DNA from: Octopus sinensis
Lineage: Eukaryota
Assembly (NCBI RefSeq): GCF_006345805.1
Contig: NC_043007.1
Coordinates: forward strand, 36,146,001 to 36,210,000
DNA: 64,000 nucleotides
Direction: 5' to 3'
Part shown: positions 51,891 through 64,000 of the stretch, one piece after another
How positions within the stretch are numbered: the first letter of the stretch is position 1
Layout of the letters: each line of letters starts with the position of its first letter
Translations under genes and position numbers: made by a program
The notes under the pieces: generated by a model
What the model saw: only the letters and a program-made list of their open reading frames with translations
What the model was told of the DNA's origin: nothing
Database searches by the model: none

Positions 51891-52502
51891 TCTTACAAGT
51901 GTTAAAGTTCAGCCTTGCCACACCAGAACCAAGTGGATACCAATATACCACCTTACTTCTTTCTGTGAATAAGAAAATAAAGAATATATATATTTTTATG
52001 GTTGCGTTCGTGTTCCTTGACTGGTAGATTCTGGAAATTAAAGAACGGAAATTGTATTGCACCTGAGTTGCACCCCAAAAGTGTAAGAAGCAACGAGTTT
52101 CCGTTACACATTCATTCGTAATGAAAAAAGAAAGAAAAACCTCATTATGCTTTATTTGCTGCGAGTTACCAATGTTTCTGCTTCAAGATACTTTATTTAG
52201 TAAATCTACGAAACATCATTAAGAAAATATTTGAGTTCTGCTTGGTTGAGTTGTCATGCAAAACGTTTTATTCTCTTGTATCTTTCATGCAAAACGTTTC
52301 ATTCTTTTTTATCTTTCTCGTAAAACCACACTCCGCTGGAAAAACAGAGAAAGGATATATATATATAATGAGATGACAAAGGAACAGACGATTATCTTCT
52401 GAACTCCATTAGCTTACAACTGAGTAACACCTTATAGCTTCATCGGAGGCTCGAATATGAAGTGCAGTTTATTTGGAAAAAGAATTACATTTATGCATTA
52501 CT

Positions 52503-52735
52503 CTCTTTTACTCTTTTACTTGTTTCAGTCATTTGACTGCGGCCATGCTGGAGCACCGCCTTTAGTCGAGCAAATCGACCCCGGGACTTATTCTTTTGTA
52601 AGCCTAGTACTTATTCTATCGGTCTCTTTTTGCCGAACCGCTAAGTGACGGGGACGTAAACACACCAGCATCGGTTGTCAAGCAATGCTAGGGGGACAAA
52701 CACAGACACACAAACATACATAGACACACACACAT

Positions 52736-52768
<33 letters not shown>

Positions 52769-52941
52769 CACACATATACGACAGGCTTCTTTCAGTTTCC
52801 GTCTACCAAATCCACTCACAAGGCTCTGGTCGGCCCGAGGCTATAGCAGAAGACACTTGCCCAAGATGCCACGCGGTGGGACTGAACCCGGAACCATGTG
52901 GTTGGTAAGCAAACTACTTACCACCCAGCCACTCCTGCGCC
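52503..52941 (-). mobile_element. SINE family D (copies 1111-1517 -, 22671-23099 +, 34361-34595 +, plus partials)
   Basis: Head ggagtggctg.gtggtaagtag.ttgcttaccaaccacatggttccgggttcagtccca, internal (TA/TG)n, tail gtgctccagcatggccgcagtcaaatgactgaaacaagtaaaaga. Confidence 0.88.
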
Positions 52942-53467
52942 TATATATAGGATAAATTTTTTTCAGAAAAAAATTTCATCAAAAGTGGCAGCATATTAAA
53001 ATACCTTTAAAAGTTAAAATTATAAACAACTTATAAACAAGAGCAAAAGAAAAATTATTTCCATGCCAATATGCTGAGAACAGACATTAAATAGTCAATT
53101 TCCACATTTTCTTTTTACAATCACTATAGATACACGTCGTGCTGTAATCGAGGAAAGCTAGCCAACAGAATATTTTTTTTTAAAGTTCGTTATTTCTATA
53201 TTGAATCAATTTCGGGATTAATCCTATGGATTCTTCCCTCTTCAGTAGAAAATACGATAAGAAATAAATGAAATACTTACAAGCACCCATGGAAAAAAGC
53301 ATAAGCAAGAGTCATGTGTACACATAAGTACCCCAGTTATATCTAAATGTAAAATCCTTTAGCCAGCCTCAGCACACGTGTGAACTATTCTGAATCATAG
53401 CTTATAGTGGCTACCAGTCCCTAAGTGAATGGTAATAAATCTACTACTAATATAGGATAAAAAAACA

Positions 53468-53626
53468 CAGCCTAGATTAGTCAACAGATCCACTCCTATT
53501 TTATTGCAAGACAGTGCCAGACCACACATCGCAAAAATGACATTGGCGAAATTACAGGAGTTGGAGTTGGAAGTTCTTCATGGTCCACCATACTCACCTG
53601 ATCTTGACCCCACTGACTATCGCTGA
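53468..53626 (+). mobile_element. Mariner transposase remnant (DDD catalytic region)
   Basis: Translates QPRLVNRSTPILLQDSARPHIAKMTLAKLQELELEVLHGPPYSPDLDPTDY, matching the H/QDNARPH and YSPDLAPxD motifs. Confidence 0.85.
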
Positions 53627-53697
53627 AATGATAAAAGTGTATTGACAATATGGGTGCATACTTTGATGAATAAAACTATTCCTTGTATTTATAAAAC

Positions 53698-54004
53698 ACC
53701 AGCAGTATAGCCCGGCGTTGCTCGGGTTTGTAAGGGAAATAACTATATAAGCATTTTTAGAGAGTTACTTCCCATGTATAAAACCGAGAGAAAAATGGAT
53801 TAAAAATGCGGAAAAATGATGGTAATTTTTTTTTTAATTGTAGACTCATCGTAGACGCGCGCTAATACCCAGAAGGGCTCGATATGAATCACGACTATAA
53901 GATACCCGCTTTTGGTTAAACTGCACCGCAAAATGTAGGAGTAGTTAGAAATCTAAATCGAAGGGGATAGACACACACACAACTACAGTTTTATATATAA
54001 AGAT
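53698..54004 (+). mobile_element. Helitron/Helentron-like non-autonomous element
   Basis: Starts accagcagtatagcccggcgttgctcggg (5' hairpin) and ends gacacacacac...ttttatatataaagat; related ends at 42624 (actagcaatgcacccggcgttgcctggg), about 34690-35004 and about 28560-28735. Confidence 0.55.
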
Positions 54005-54342
54005 TAGCAAACAAGTATATTAAAGGCTTGTAAGTCAATGCTGTGTGTCCTACGTGTGTTAGCAGTGTGATTCGATAATTTTTTAAAAATTTATCTCTAC
54101 AATGCGTTCGTGAATAGTTAATGGTTTGGATGTGGTGCTGAAAAAGGAGCAATAACTCGTGAAATATGCATATGCATCCATTCCTTTATTCGATCAAATT
54201 GTTTATACAGATGTATTCGTATACGAATCTTCGTAACTGTCAGTGCTGTAATTTCTTTAGAAAACCTGTGGATATAACTTTTTAAAAATGCCGCTGAGCA
54301 TTTTGCCCAGCGTGCTAACGATTCTGCCAGTCACCACCTTAA

Positions 54343-55044
54343 TAATAATTTCAAATTTTGGCACAGGGCCAGCAATTTTAGGAGAGGAGATAGTCGGGTA
54401 CAGCGACCCTAGTGCACGACTTTTACTTGATAATAATTTCAAATTTTGGCACAAGGCCAGAAATTTTAGGAGAGGGGACAGTCGGGTACAGCGACCCTAG
54501 TGCACGACTTTTACTTGATAATAATTTCAAATTTTGGCACAAGGCCAGCAATTTTAGGAGAGGGGACAGTCGGGTACAGCGACCCTAGTGCACGACTTTT
54601 ACTTGATAATAATTTCAAATTTTGGCACAGGGCCAGAAATTTTAGGAGAGGGGACAGTCGGGTACAGCGACCCTAGTGCACGACTTTTACTTGATAATAA
54701 TTTCAAATTTTGGCACAAGGCCAGAAATTTTAGGAGAGGGCATAGTCGGGTACAGCGACCCTAGTGCACGACTTTTACTTGATAATAATTTCAAATTTTG
54801 GCACAAGGCCAGCAAGTTTAGGAGAGGGGACAGTCGGGCAGACCGACCCTAGTGCACGACTTTTACTTGATAATAATTTCAAATTTTGGCACAAGGCCAG
54901 CAATTTTAGGAGAGGGGATAGTCGGGTACACCGACAGTAGTGTACGACTTTTACTTGATAATAATTTCAAATTTTGGCACAAAGCCAGCAATTTTAGGAG
55001 AGGGGATAGTCGGGTACACCGACAGTAGTGTACAACTTTTACTT
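54343..55044. repeat. Minisatellite, 8 x 88 bp, derived from a SINE-C segment
   Basis: Units start at 54343, 54431, 54519, 54607, 54695, 54783, 54871, 54959; flanks are the remaining SINE head and body on the - strand. Confidence 0.95.
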
Positions 55045-55199
55045 ATTTAATCAACCCCCGAAACGATGAAAGGCTAAATCGAAATCAGCGGAACACAGGG
55101 TGTAATGCTGCTAAGCTTGATTAAATTTCTGCCAGTTCGCCGCCTTTGACCACCGTGAATAATCATGGAGAAATCAAAACGGTAAGTAGAATTTATAAG

Positions 55200-55587
55200 G
55201 AAGCACTCCGTCGGTTACGACGATGAGGGTTCCGGTTGATCCGAATCAACGGAACAGCCTGCTCGTGAAATTAACGTGTAAGTGGCTGAGCACTCCACAG
55301 ACACGTGCACCCTTAACGTAGTTCTCGGGGATATTCAGCGTGACACAGAGAGTGACAAGGCCGGCCCCTTGAAATACAGGTACAACAGAAACAGGAAGTA
55401 AGAGTGAGAGAAAGTTGTGGTGAAAGAGTACAGCAGGGATCACCATCATCCCCTGCCGGAGCCTCGTGGAGCTTTCTTAGGTGTTTTCGCTCAATAAACA
55501 CTCACAACGCCCGGTCTGGGAATCGAAACCGCAATCCTACGACCGCGAGTCCGCTGCCCTAACCACTGGGCCATTGCGCCTCCACAG
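55200..55587 (-). mobile_element. tRNA-derived SINE with conserved central core (copies 36383-36690, 39070-39550, 55620-55866)
   Basis: Head ggcgcaatggcccagtggttagggcagcggactcgcgg; core gagaactacgttaagggt..ctcagccactt..cgttaatttcacgagcagg. Confidence 0.85.
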
Positions 55588-56349
55588 TAGAATTTATATA
55601 ATAATAATAAAATAATAAATGCGCCCTTTTAAAGCCTAGTCAGGCTCTTGGGTCCGGTTTCCAGGTTTCTATGGCGTATGTGTTCCCCAGCTGGACGGGA
55701 CGCCAGTCCATCGCAGCGTTACTCATTTTTGCCAGCTGAGTGGACTGGAGCAACGTGAAATGAAGTGATTTGCTCAAGAACACGACGCATCACCAGGTCC
55801 AGGAATCGAAACCACAATCTTACGATCATGAAGCTGACATCCTAACCACTAAGCCGCGCGCCTCCACAGAATTCGTAAATAAATAAATAAATAAATAAAA
55901 TAAAACAGTGCCTACTTACAATTGAAAAGATGCAGCAATTAAAAAGAACGCGGCATATGTAAAATATAGAGAACCAGGAAAATGGCTGAGCGTTCTCTTA
56001 TATATCATATTGAGGAAAGGTAGCGTCAGTGACGTAGCACATAAATTGATGACGAACAATAGGGCATAAAGGCAACCTGAATAAAAAAACGAGAGAAGGA
56101 AAATAAAGTATTTTCTGTATGTTATATATATATACATAATCAAATCAAACACACGAACATGAAAAATAACAACACTAACAAACAACAAGGAACGTGCACA
56201 TGGAATGTATTAGTTTGATGCTCACTAAAAAGAGAGAGTTTTTGACGTTTCGAACATAGCTCTTTGTCGGGAAGAAAAAAGAGAAAAGGCAAAAGTCCAA
56301 AGAAGGAAAAAAATATTACCAACATGTATGTAGTTACATTGCTGAAGTA

Positions 56350-56381
<32 letters not shown>

Positions 56382-56392
56382 TATATAGAAGG

Positions 56393-56443
56393 AGCTTCTA
56401 CAGGACTAGAACTGTTTCATTCAAGAGAAATCTTCAGGAAGCT
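56393..56443 (-). ncRNA. Type I hammerhead ribozyme (near-complete)
   Basis: Minus strand AGCUUC-CUGAAGA-UUUC(UCUU)GAAU-GAAA-CAG(UUCUAGUC)CUG-U-A-GAAGCU: stem I 6 bp, stem III 4 bp, GUA cleavage triplet, intact core; stem II is 3 bp plus a U.U mismatch at 10.1-11.1. Confidence 0.7.
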
Positions 56444-56649
56444 AGTTAACAAGAATTGTATTGGCATTTATACATTTATGCAGGTTTAAAGGGGTGGTGG
56501 TGGGGGACTTTTTGGGGGTAGGCATAGCGCAAAATATCATACTTGGGGGAGTGGTCAAGGAGTCAGTGGTAAATTAGATAAAAGAATAAATAAAAAAAAA
56601 AATATATATATAAAAAAGAATAGAGTTTTAGGTAAATAAGGAGATTCTC

Positions 56650-58279
56650 ACTTATACCTATACACATATGTATACATATATACACACACATACATACATA
56701 TATACATACACACATACATACACACACACACATATACATATATACACACACACATACATATACATATCTACACATACACATATACATATATATATATATA
56801 TATACATACACTCACTCACATGCATACACGTATACACACATGTATATATACACAAACGACCACACATACATATACACACAGAAAAATATATATACATACA
56901 CACATACACACATGCACACACAGCACACTAGTCCCTATATACACATATATACACATACACACATATATATACATACACATACATACACATACATATATAT
57001 ATATAATATATATACATATGTGTACCTATACATACCTACACATACACACATATCTATACATACAAATACAGACCCATTCCCTAATTTTAATTTTATTATC
57101 TTCATTTATTACTTTTGTTATCTTTGACCGCTGGTCCCAAGGATCTTGGCTATGACAGCAAGTCCATTTATCTGTCTACTTGAAAACAAGCACTCATTCA
57201 CGCACGCACACTCATTAGCACGTACACTCACTCATTCGTACACTCATACACATACACGCACGCACGCGTTATATTCATACATACATACATCTACATACAT
57301 TCACGTATATACACATACGTACGCGTACCTACAGATTCATGTCTACACTCTTAGAAGGCTAGTCTATACATATACACCAATAAATATATATATATACACA
57401 CATACATATACACCTACATACAAATACACATACATATATATACACATACATATATATACACATATATATACATATATATATATACACAAATATATATACA
57501 CACATATATATACACACATACACATACATACATATACACACATACACATACTACGTATACATACATACATACATCCATACATACATACATTTATACAAAC
57601 ATACACACACCCATATATATATATATACACATACATACATACATATACATACATACATATACAAATATACGCACACACATACATACATACACATATACAC
57701 ATACACGCACATACACATGTACATGCGTACCCATACACACACACACACACCGCGCGCATCTATATACACACACACACATATACATGTGTGCAAACTACAT
57801 ACATACTCATACACGCACACACACTTACATATACATATATGCACACACTTACACACATATATACATACACATATACATACAACATACATACATATATGCA
57901 ACATACACACACACACATATATATACATACATACACATACACATACCTATACATATATATCACACATATATATACACATGCACATACTTATATCTCTACA
58001 TACTCGCATATACATATATATATTTATATATATATATATATACACACACACATACATATACCTATATACATGTATATATACACACACATATATATATATA
58101 CACATCTACAATTTGTATCTACACTCACATACATGCACATACACATAACTCTACATACCTACATATACATCGACATACTCGCGTACACTCATATATATAC
58201 ACATATCTACATATACACACACACATACATATACATATACACATATATATATATATAAATATATACATAATACACATAT

Positions 58280-58312
<33 letters not shown>

Positions 58313-58450
58313 CACCACACACACACACACACATACATATATATATATACATACATACACATATATATACATACATACACATATACATACATGTACATAT
58401 ATATATACACATATACATATATATACACACACATACATATATCAACAATT
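56650..58450. repeat. Compound (TA)n/(CA)n/(TACA)n microsatellite field (mirror copy at 62300-63900; smaller fields at 12000-12260 and 23720-24150)
   Basis: Directly visible; source of the His/Thr/Tyr/Ile and Val/Cys/Tyr ORFs in the track. Confidence 0.95.
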
Positions 58451-59212
58451 GAGGTAAGTTAATTAGTTATTAATCAATTTCACCAAGTATTCAGTATGTA
58501 AAGGACCATTATTATTTTGAGTAAACAAGTCTGAGGGAAAATATTCTCTAAGTAGTGGAAGAGGCTAAAAAACTTTTTGGCTGCTATTTCTAGAAAGTTC
58601 AGTATGTGGCAAAGTAATTTATTTTACTAAGCCCTAATTATATAATATTTTATACATACATACACATACATACACACATACATATACACATACATATGCA
58701 TACACACATATATATACATACATACATATATACATATATACATATACACACACACACACACACACACGCACATACATTATATATATATATATATATATAT
58801 TTTTACATACATCACACACACACACACACACATAATTCATGCGTATATTCCTACTATACCCATACATTTCTATACATATATACGATACACATATACAAGC
58901 GTGCACATACAATATGTGAAAGGTCTTAGGAGAAAAGGTAATCGGGGGTGCTAGGGGAACGGTGGGATTGGGGGGGGTTTGTGGGTGGTGTCATCAATCT
59001 GGTTGCCGGTAGGTCTATAGTTCTTGTAGTTCGCATACTTCTTATGCATGCAATTTGGGGAGTGTTCTGAGAATTTGTTAAGGAGAGGGCCTTTGGCGAA
59101 CAAGATCTCTAGGCTCTCCGATATGCAGAGGTCACAGCAGGTAAGGCCTCCTGTGTACGAGCGCGCCTTCTGTAATAGTTTCCACTTGGTCTTGAAGGGG
59201 ATTGAGTTCCTT
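57105..59212. repeat. Left arm of a long inverted duplication (partners 60226-60650 and about 62295-64000)
   Basis: 58790-59212 is the reverse complement of 60226-60650; 57105-58780 is the reverse complement of about 62295-64000, including unique non-microsatellite blocks at 57105-57400 and 58440-58640. Confidence 0.92.
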
Positions 59213-60446
59213 AAAAATCTGTGACCCCCTTCGACGTCAGCATGGGTGCTAACGACTCTGCTGAAATAAGTGACCTAGTGGGCCTTTTCATCCTCCATAG
59301 GCTGAAAACCCTATTCACAGGCCTCTCCGGTGGTCTTTACCGCGATGACGGCCTTTTCGCCCTCCACAAAATAAACCCCAGGACCACGGATGGGTTCCGG
59401 AAAATCTTTACACCTTCTTTAAAAACTTAGGCCTTAGGATTACCTTAGAATCCAACTTAACAAAAGCTAACTTCCTTGATGTCACCCTCGACTTAAAAAC
59501 CTCACTTTATTACCCGTACCACAAACCGAATGAATCCCTTAGATATATAGATATTAATTCCAACCACCCCAAAAATATATTAGATAACCTAGTAAAAAGT
59601 GTCTCAATTAGAATTTCTAGCCTGTCCGCCACGGAAGATATCTTAAGGCCGCAGCCCCCTATTACAACAGAGGCCCTGGCCCGCAGTGGCTTTAAAGATA
59701 AGATTACCTATACTAGTATAGCCCCACGCCAACCCAGGAAAAATAGACGAAGACACATTAGCTGGTACAACCCCCCCTTCAACCGTGAGGTCGCTACAAC
59801 CTGTAGCTAAAATCTTCTTCACTCTCCTACAGAAACACTTCCCCACCCAACATAAGTACTACACTATCCTAAATAAGAACACTATTAGACTCTCCTACTC
59901 TACCACGCCCAATCTAGCCAGGAACCTAGCCACAACAATGTGAAAAAACTTAACATATCTACTTTTTCCGAGGCCCATCCAACGCCCGATAGCAATTGCA
60001 ACTGCCCTGATAAAACCACCTCCTGCCCCCTCAACAACAACTGCCTACAGAGGGACCTAGTATATACATGCGAGGTAAGATCAGGCCCTGACGATAAAAG
60101 AAAATCCTACATCGGAATGACGTCAAACAGCTTTAAGACCCGTTGGTACGCACACACACACACTCGTTCCGGCGACAGGATAAATCCAACCAAACTACCC
60201 TCGCCGCCCACATCTGGTACCTTAAAAGGAACTCAATCCCCTTCAAGACCAAGTGGAAACTACTACAGAAAGCGCGCTCGTACACAGGAGGCCATACCTG
60301 CTGTGACCCTCTGCATATCGGAGAGCCTAGAGATCTTGTTCGCCAAAGGCCCTCTCCTTAACAAATTCTCAGAACACTCCCCAAATTGCATGCATAAGAA
60401 GTATGCGAACTACAAGAACTATAGACCTACCCGGCAACCAGATTGA
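59213..60446 (+). mobile_element. 5'-truncated Penelope-like element: RT C-terminal half plus GIY-YIG endonuclease, frameshifted
   Basis: FDVSMGANDSAEISDLVG, GLYRDDGL, NFLDVTLDL, YHKPNESLRYIDINSNHP (PLE RT and thumb); CNCPDKTTSCPLNNNCL, LVY/SYIG (GIY-YIG), CCDLCISE, LLNKFSE..NCMH. Confidence 0.9.
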
Positions 60447-60654
60447 TGACACCCCACCCACAAAACCCCCCCAATCCCACCGTTCCCCTAGCACCCCCGA
60501 TTACCTTTTCTCCTAAGACCTTTCACATATTGTATGTGCACGCTTGTATATGTGTATCGTATATATGTATAGAAATGTATGGGTATAGTAGGAATATACG
60601 CATGTATTATGTGTGTGTGTGTGTGTATGTATGTAAAAAAAAATATATATATAT

Positions 60655-62295
60655 ATATGTTAATAAAATAGAACATATGCATATATATAACATATATGTA
60701 CGTACCTACCTCTACATGTACATATACACGCATATATGTGTACAGGACACCAAAAGACGTCGAACACATAGAGAGACGAAACATAGACACAAACCAAGGA
60801 ACAAGACAAGCAAAAAAAAAAGAGAGAGATACAGACAATAAGCACAACGAAAAATCCCCTTCTTCAGTCGCTAAGATTTCATCTACTAAACGTTTCGAAG
60901 GATAAAAGCGAGACGTATACTTCGAAGAAAAATTCCTTCCCGCGAAAAGCAAATCAATTAAAATTCTGAGATCTTTTCGCAGAGGGGTAAAAAAAAAAGC
61001 AAGACGGTAACGACAGTACAAACATATAAACAGTAAAAAATATATATATAAACAGTGGAAAAATAAATATATAACAGTGAGAGACAGGACAAGGAGAACA
61101 AGATAAGAAGGGCTGTTAACGCCAGACGAAAAAAGTATTGCAAACGCTGGATTATCGTGGACGACGAGAGAGAGAAAATATGTCGACCAGTAGCCTTACA
61201 AGGCGGGCGAGAAAAGACAGGATAGCAGTTACGACGGAAGTATCGTCGCAGATGGACGACGGGAATGGGGGAGGAGGAGGAAGAGAGAGAAGAAGGGGAA
61301 TGGTGCGAGGAGACCATGAAGAATGGTGAAAGGGAGAGAGAGAATGAAGAATGAGAGAGAGAGGAAGAGACAAGTTAAGTGAGGGAAAAAAAAGACGAAA
61401 AAGGGAGGGAGAGAAAGAAAGAAAGATGCAGAGTCGCGTGAGAGTTAATATCAAGGCTAACTTGATAAACAGAACAATCTTACTTAATAGGGTGCGTGCG
61501 TTTAGTCGTATAATATGTTAATAAAATAGAACATATGCTATATATAAACATGTATGTACGTACCTACCTCTACATGTACATATACACGCATATATGTGTA
61601 CAGGACACCAAAAGACGTCGAACACATAGAGAGACGAAACACATAGACACAAACCAAGGACAAGACAAGCAAAAAAAAAAGAGAGAGATACAGGACAATA
61701 AGCACAACGAAAAATCCCCTTCTTCAGTCGCTAAGATTTCATTTACTAAACGTTTCGAAGGATAAAAGCGAGACGTATACTTCGAAGAAAAATTCCTTCC
61801 CGCGAAAAGCAAATCAATTAAAATTCTGAGATCTTTTCGCAGAGGGGTAAAATAAAAAGCAAGACGGTAACGACAGTACAAACATATAAACAGTAAAAAA
61901 TATATATATAAACAGTGGAAAAATAAATATATAACAGTGAGAGACAGGACAAGGAGAACAGATAAGAAGGGCTGTTAACGCCAGACGAAAAAAGTATTGC
62001 AAACGCTGGATTATCGTGGACGACGAGAGAGAGAAAATATGTCGACCAGTATCCTTACAAGGCGGGCGAGAAAAGACAGGATAGCAGTTACGACGGAAGT
62101 ATCGTCGCAGATGGACGACGGGAATGGGGGAGGAGGAGAAAGAGAGAAAAAAGGGAATGGTGCGAGGAGACCATGAAGAATGGTGAAAGGGAGAGAGAGA
62201 ATGAAGAATGAGAGAGAGAGGAAGAGACAAGTTAGTGAGGGAAAAAAAAAGAACGAAAAGGGAATGGGGAGAAAGAAAGAAAGATGCAAGTCGCG
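60655..62295. repeat. Direct tandem duplication, period about 860 bp (60655-61440 and 61514-62295)
   Basis: agcacaacgaaaaatcccc occurs at 60841 and 61701; copies differ only by small indels and substitutions. Confidence 0.92.
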
Positions 62296-62748
62296 TGTAT
62301 GTATGTGCGTGTGTGTGTGTGTGTGTGTATATATATGTATATATGTATATATGTATGTATGTATAATATGTGTGTGCATATGTATTGTGTATATGTATGT
62401 GTGTATGTATGTGTATGTATGTATAAAATATTATATAATTAGGGCTTAGTAAAATAAATTACTTTGCCACACATACTGAACTTTCTAGAAATAGCAGCCA
62501 AAAAAGTTTTTTAAGCCTCTTCCACTACTTAGAGAATTTTTCCCTCAGACATTGTTTACTCAAAATAATATGGTCCTTTTACATACTGAATACTTGGTGA
62601 AATTGATTAATAACTAATTAACTTTACCCTCAATTGTTGATATATGTATGTGTGTGTATATATATGTGTATATATATATGTACATGTATGTATATGTGTA
62701 TGTATGTATATATATGTGTATGTATGTATATATATATATATGTATGTA

Positions 62749-62795
<47 letters not shown>

Positions 62796-63022
62796 ATATG
62801 TGTATTATGTATATATTTATATATATATATATATGTGTATATGTATATGTATGTGTGTGTGTATATGTAGATATGTGTATATATATGAGTGTACGCGAGT
62901 ATGTCGATGTATATGTAGGTATGTAGAGTTATGTGTATGTGCATGTATGTGAGTGTAGATACAAATTGTAGATGTGTATATATATATGTGTGTGTATATA
63001 TACATGTATATAGGTATATGTA

Positions 63023-63063
<41 letters not shown>

Positions 63064-63633
63064 GCGAGTATGTAGAGATATAAGTATGTGCATGTGTATA
63101 TATATGTGTGTATATATATGTATAGGTATGTGTATGTGTATGTATGTATATATATGTGTGTGTGTGTATGTATGCATATATGTATGTATGTATGTATATG
63201 TGTATGTATATATGTGTGTAAGTGTGTGCATATATGTATATGTAAGTGTGTGTGCGTGTATGAGTATGTATGTATGTTTGCACACATGTATATGTGTGTG
63301 TGTGTATATATGGATGCGCGCGCGTGTGTGTGTGTGTATGGGTACGCATGTACATGTGTATGTGCGTGTATGTGTATATGTGTATGTATGTATGTGTGTG
63401 CGTATATTTGTATATGTATGTATGTATATGTATGTATGTGTGTATATATATATATATGGGTGTGTGTAATGTCTATAAATGTATGTATGTATGGATGTAT
63501 GGATGTATGTATGTATGTATACGTATGTATGTGTATGTGTGTATATGTATGTATGTGTATGTGTGTATATATATGTGTGTATATATATTTGTGTATATAT
63601 ATATATATATGTATATATATGTGTATATATATG

Positions 63634-63678
<45 letters not shown>

Positions 63679-64000
63679 ATTTGTATGTAGGTGTATATGT
63701 ATGTGTGTATATATATATATTTATTGGTGTATATGTATAGACTAGCCTTCTAAGAGTGTAGACATGAATCTGTAGGTACGCGTACGTATGTGTATATACG
63801 TGAATGTATGTAGATGTATGTATGTATGAATATAACGCGTGCGTTGTTGTATGTGTATGAGTGTACGAATGAGTGAGTGTACGTGCTAATGAGTGTGCGT
63901 GCGTGAATGAGTGCTTGTTTTTCAAGTAGACAGAGATATGGACTTGCTGTCATAGCCAAGATCCTTGGGACCAGCGGTCAAAGATAACAAAAGTAATAAA

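Noticed and set aside
51820-52062. 80-aa minus-strand ORF as a gene
   Set aside because: Near-cognate start, spans an intron-like pyrimidine tract, and no recognisable homology.
54343-55044. CRISPR array
   Set aside because: Units are full 88-bp tandem copies without unique spacers, derive from a SINE, and the context is eukaryotic with no cas genes.
62440-62640. Hammerhead-like words (ctgaatac...gaaattg) in the inverted arm
   Set aside because: The core lacks G8 and stems I and II do not pair.
56563-63959. Long ORFs (up to 370 aa) rich in H/T/Y/I or V/C/Y/M
   Set aside because: Translations of (TA)n/(CA)n microsatellites, open in several frames on both strands; the same applies to 11978-12436 and 23716-24271.

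Overview
AT-rich, intron- and repeat-dominated eukaryotic genomic DNA. The SINE and microsatellite landscape suggests a coleoid cephalopod such as Octopus (inference). The only supportable host gene is the 3' two-thirds of lipase maturation factor 2 (LMF2) on the + strand: join(776-887, 2594-2740, 3955-4060, 4931-5030, [one 116-nt exon], 36881-37002, 40124-40343, 42493-42604, 45274-45423) = 1185 nt, 394 aa plus stop, with all splice phases consistent. Main discovery: the 31.85-kb interval between exons 4931-5030 and 36881-37002 holds THREE paralogous 116-nt exons (7815-7930, 15408-15523, 23491-23606). Each fits the frame alone, while none, or any combination, gives a premature stop, so this is a candidate three-way mutually exclusive exon cassette over the conserved ..YGLFR-MTG.. 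segment. A second theme is a set of hammerhead-ribozyme motifs in retroelement-derived DNA: one near-complete type I at 56393-56443 (-), several minimal Penelope-type motifs, and an oddly permuted one in a LINE 3' UTR. The window also holds a young 5'-truncated Penelope-like element at the centre of a >=2-kb inverted duplication, mariner/Tc1, RTE, R4/Dong, Gypsy and MITE remnants, many tRNA-derived SINEs, fold-back hairpins and tandem arrays. Most ORFs in the supplied track are microsatellite or transposon artefacts.
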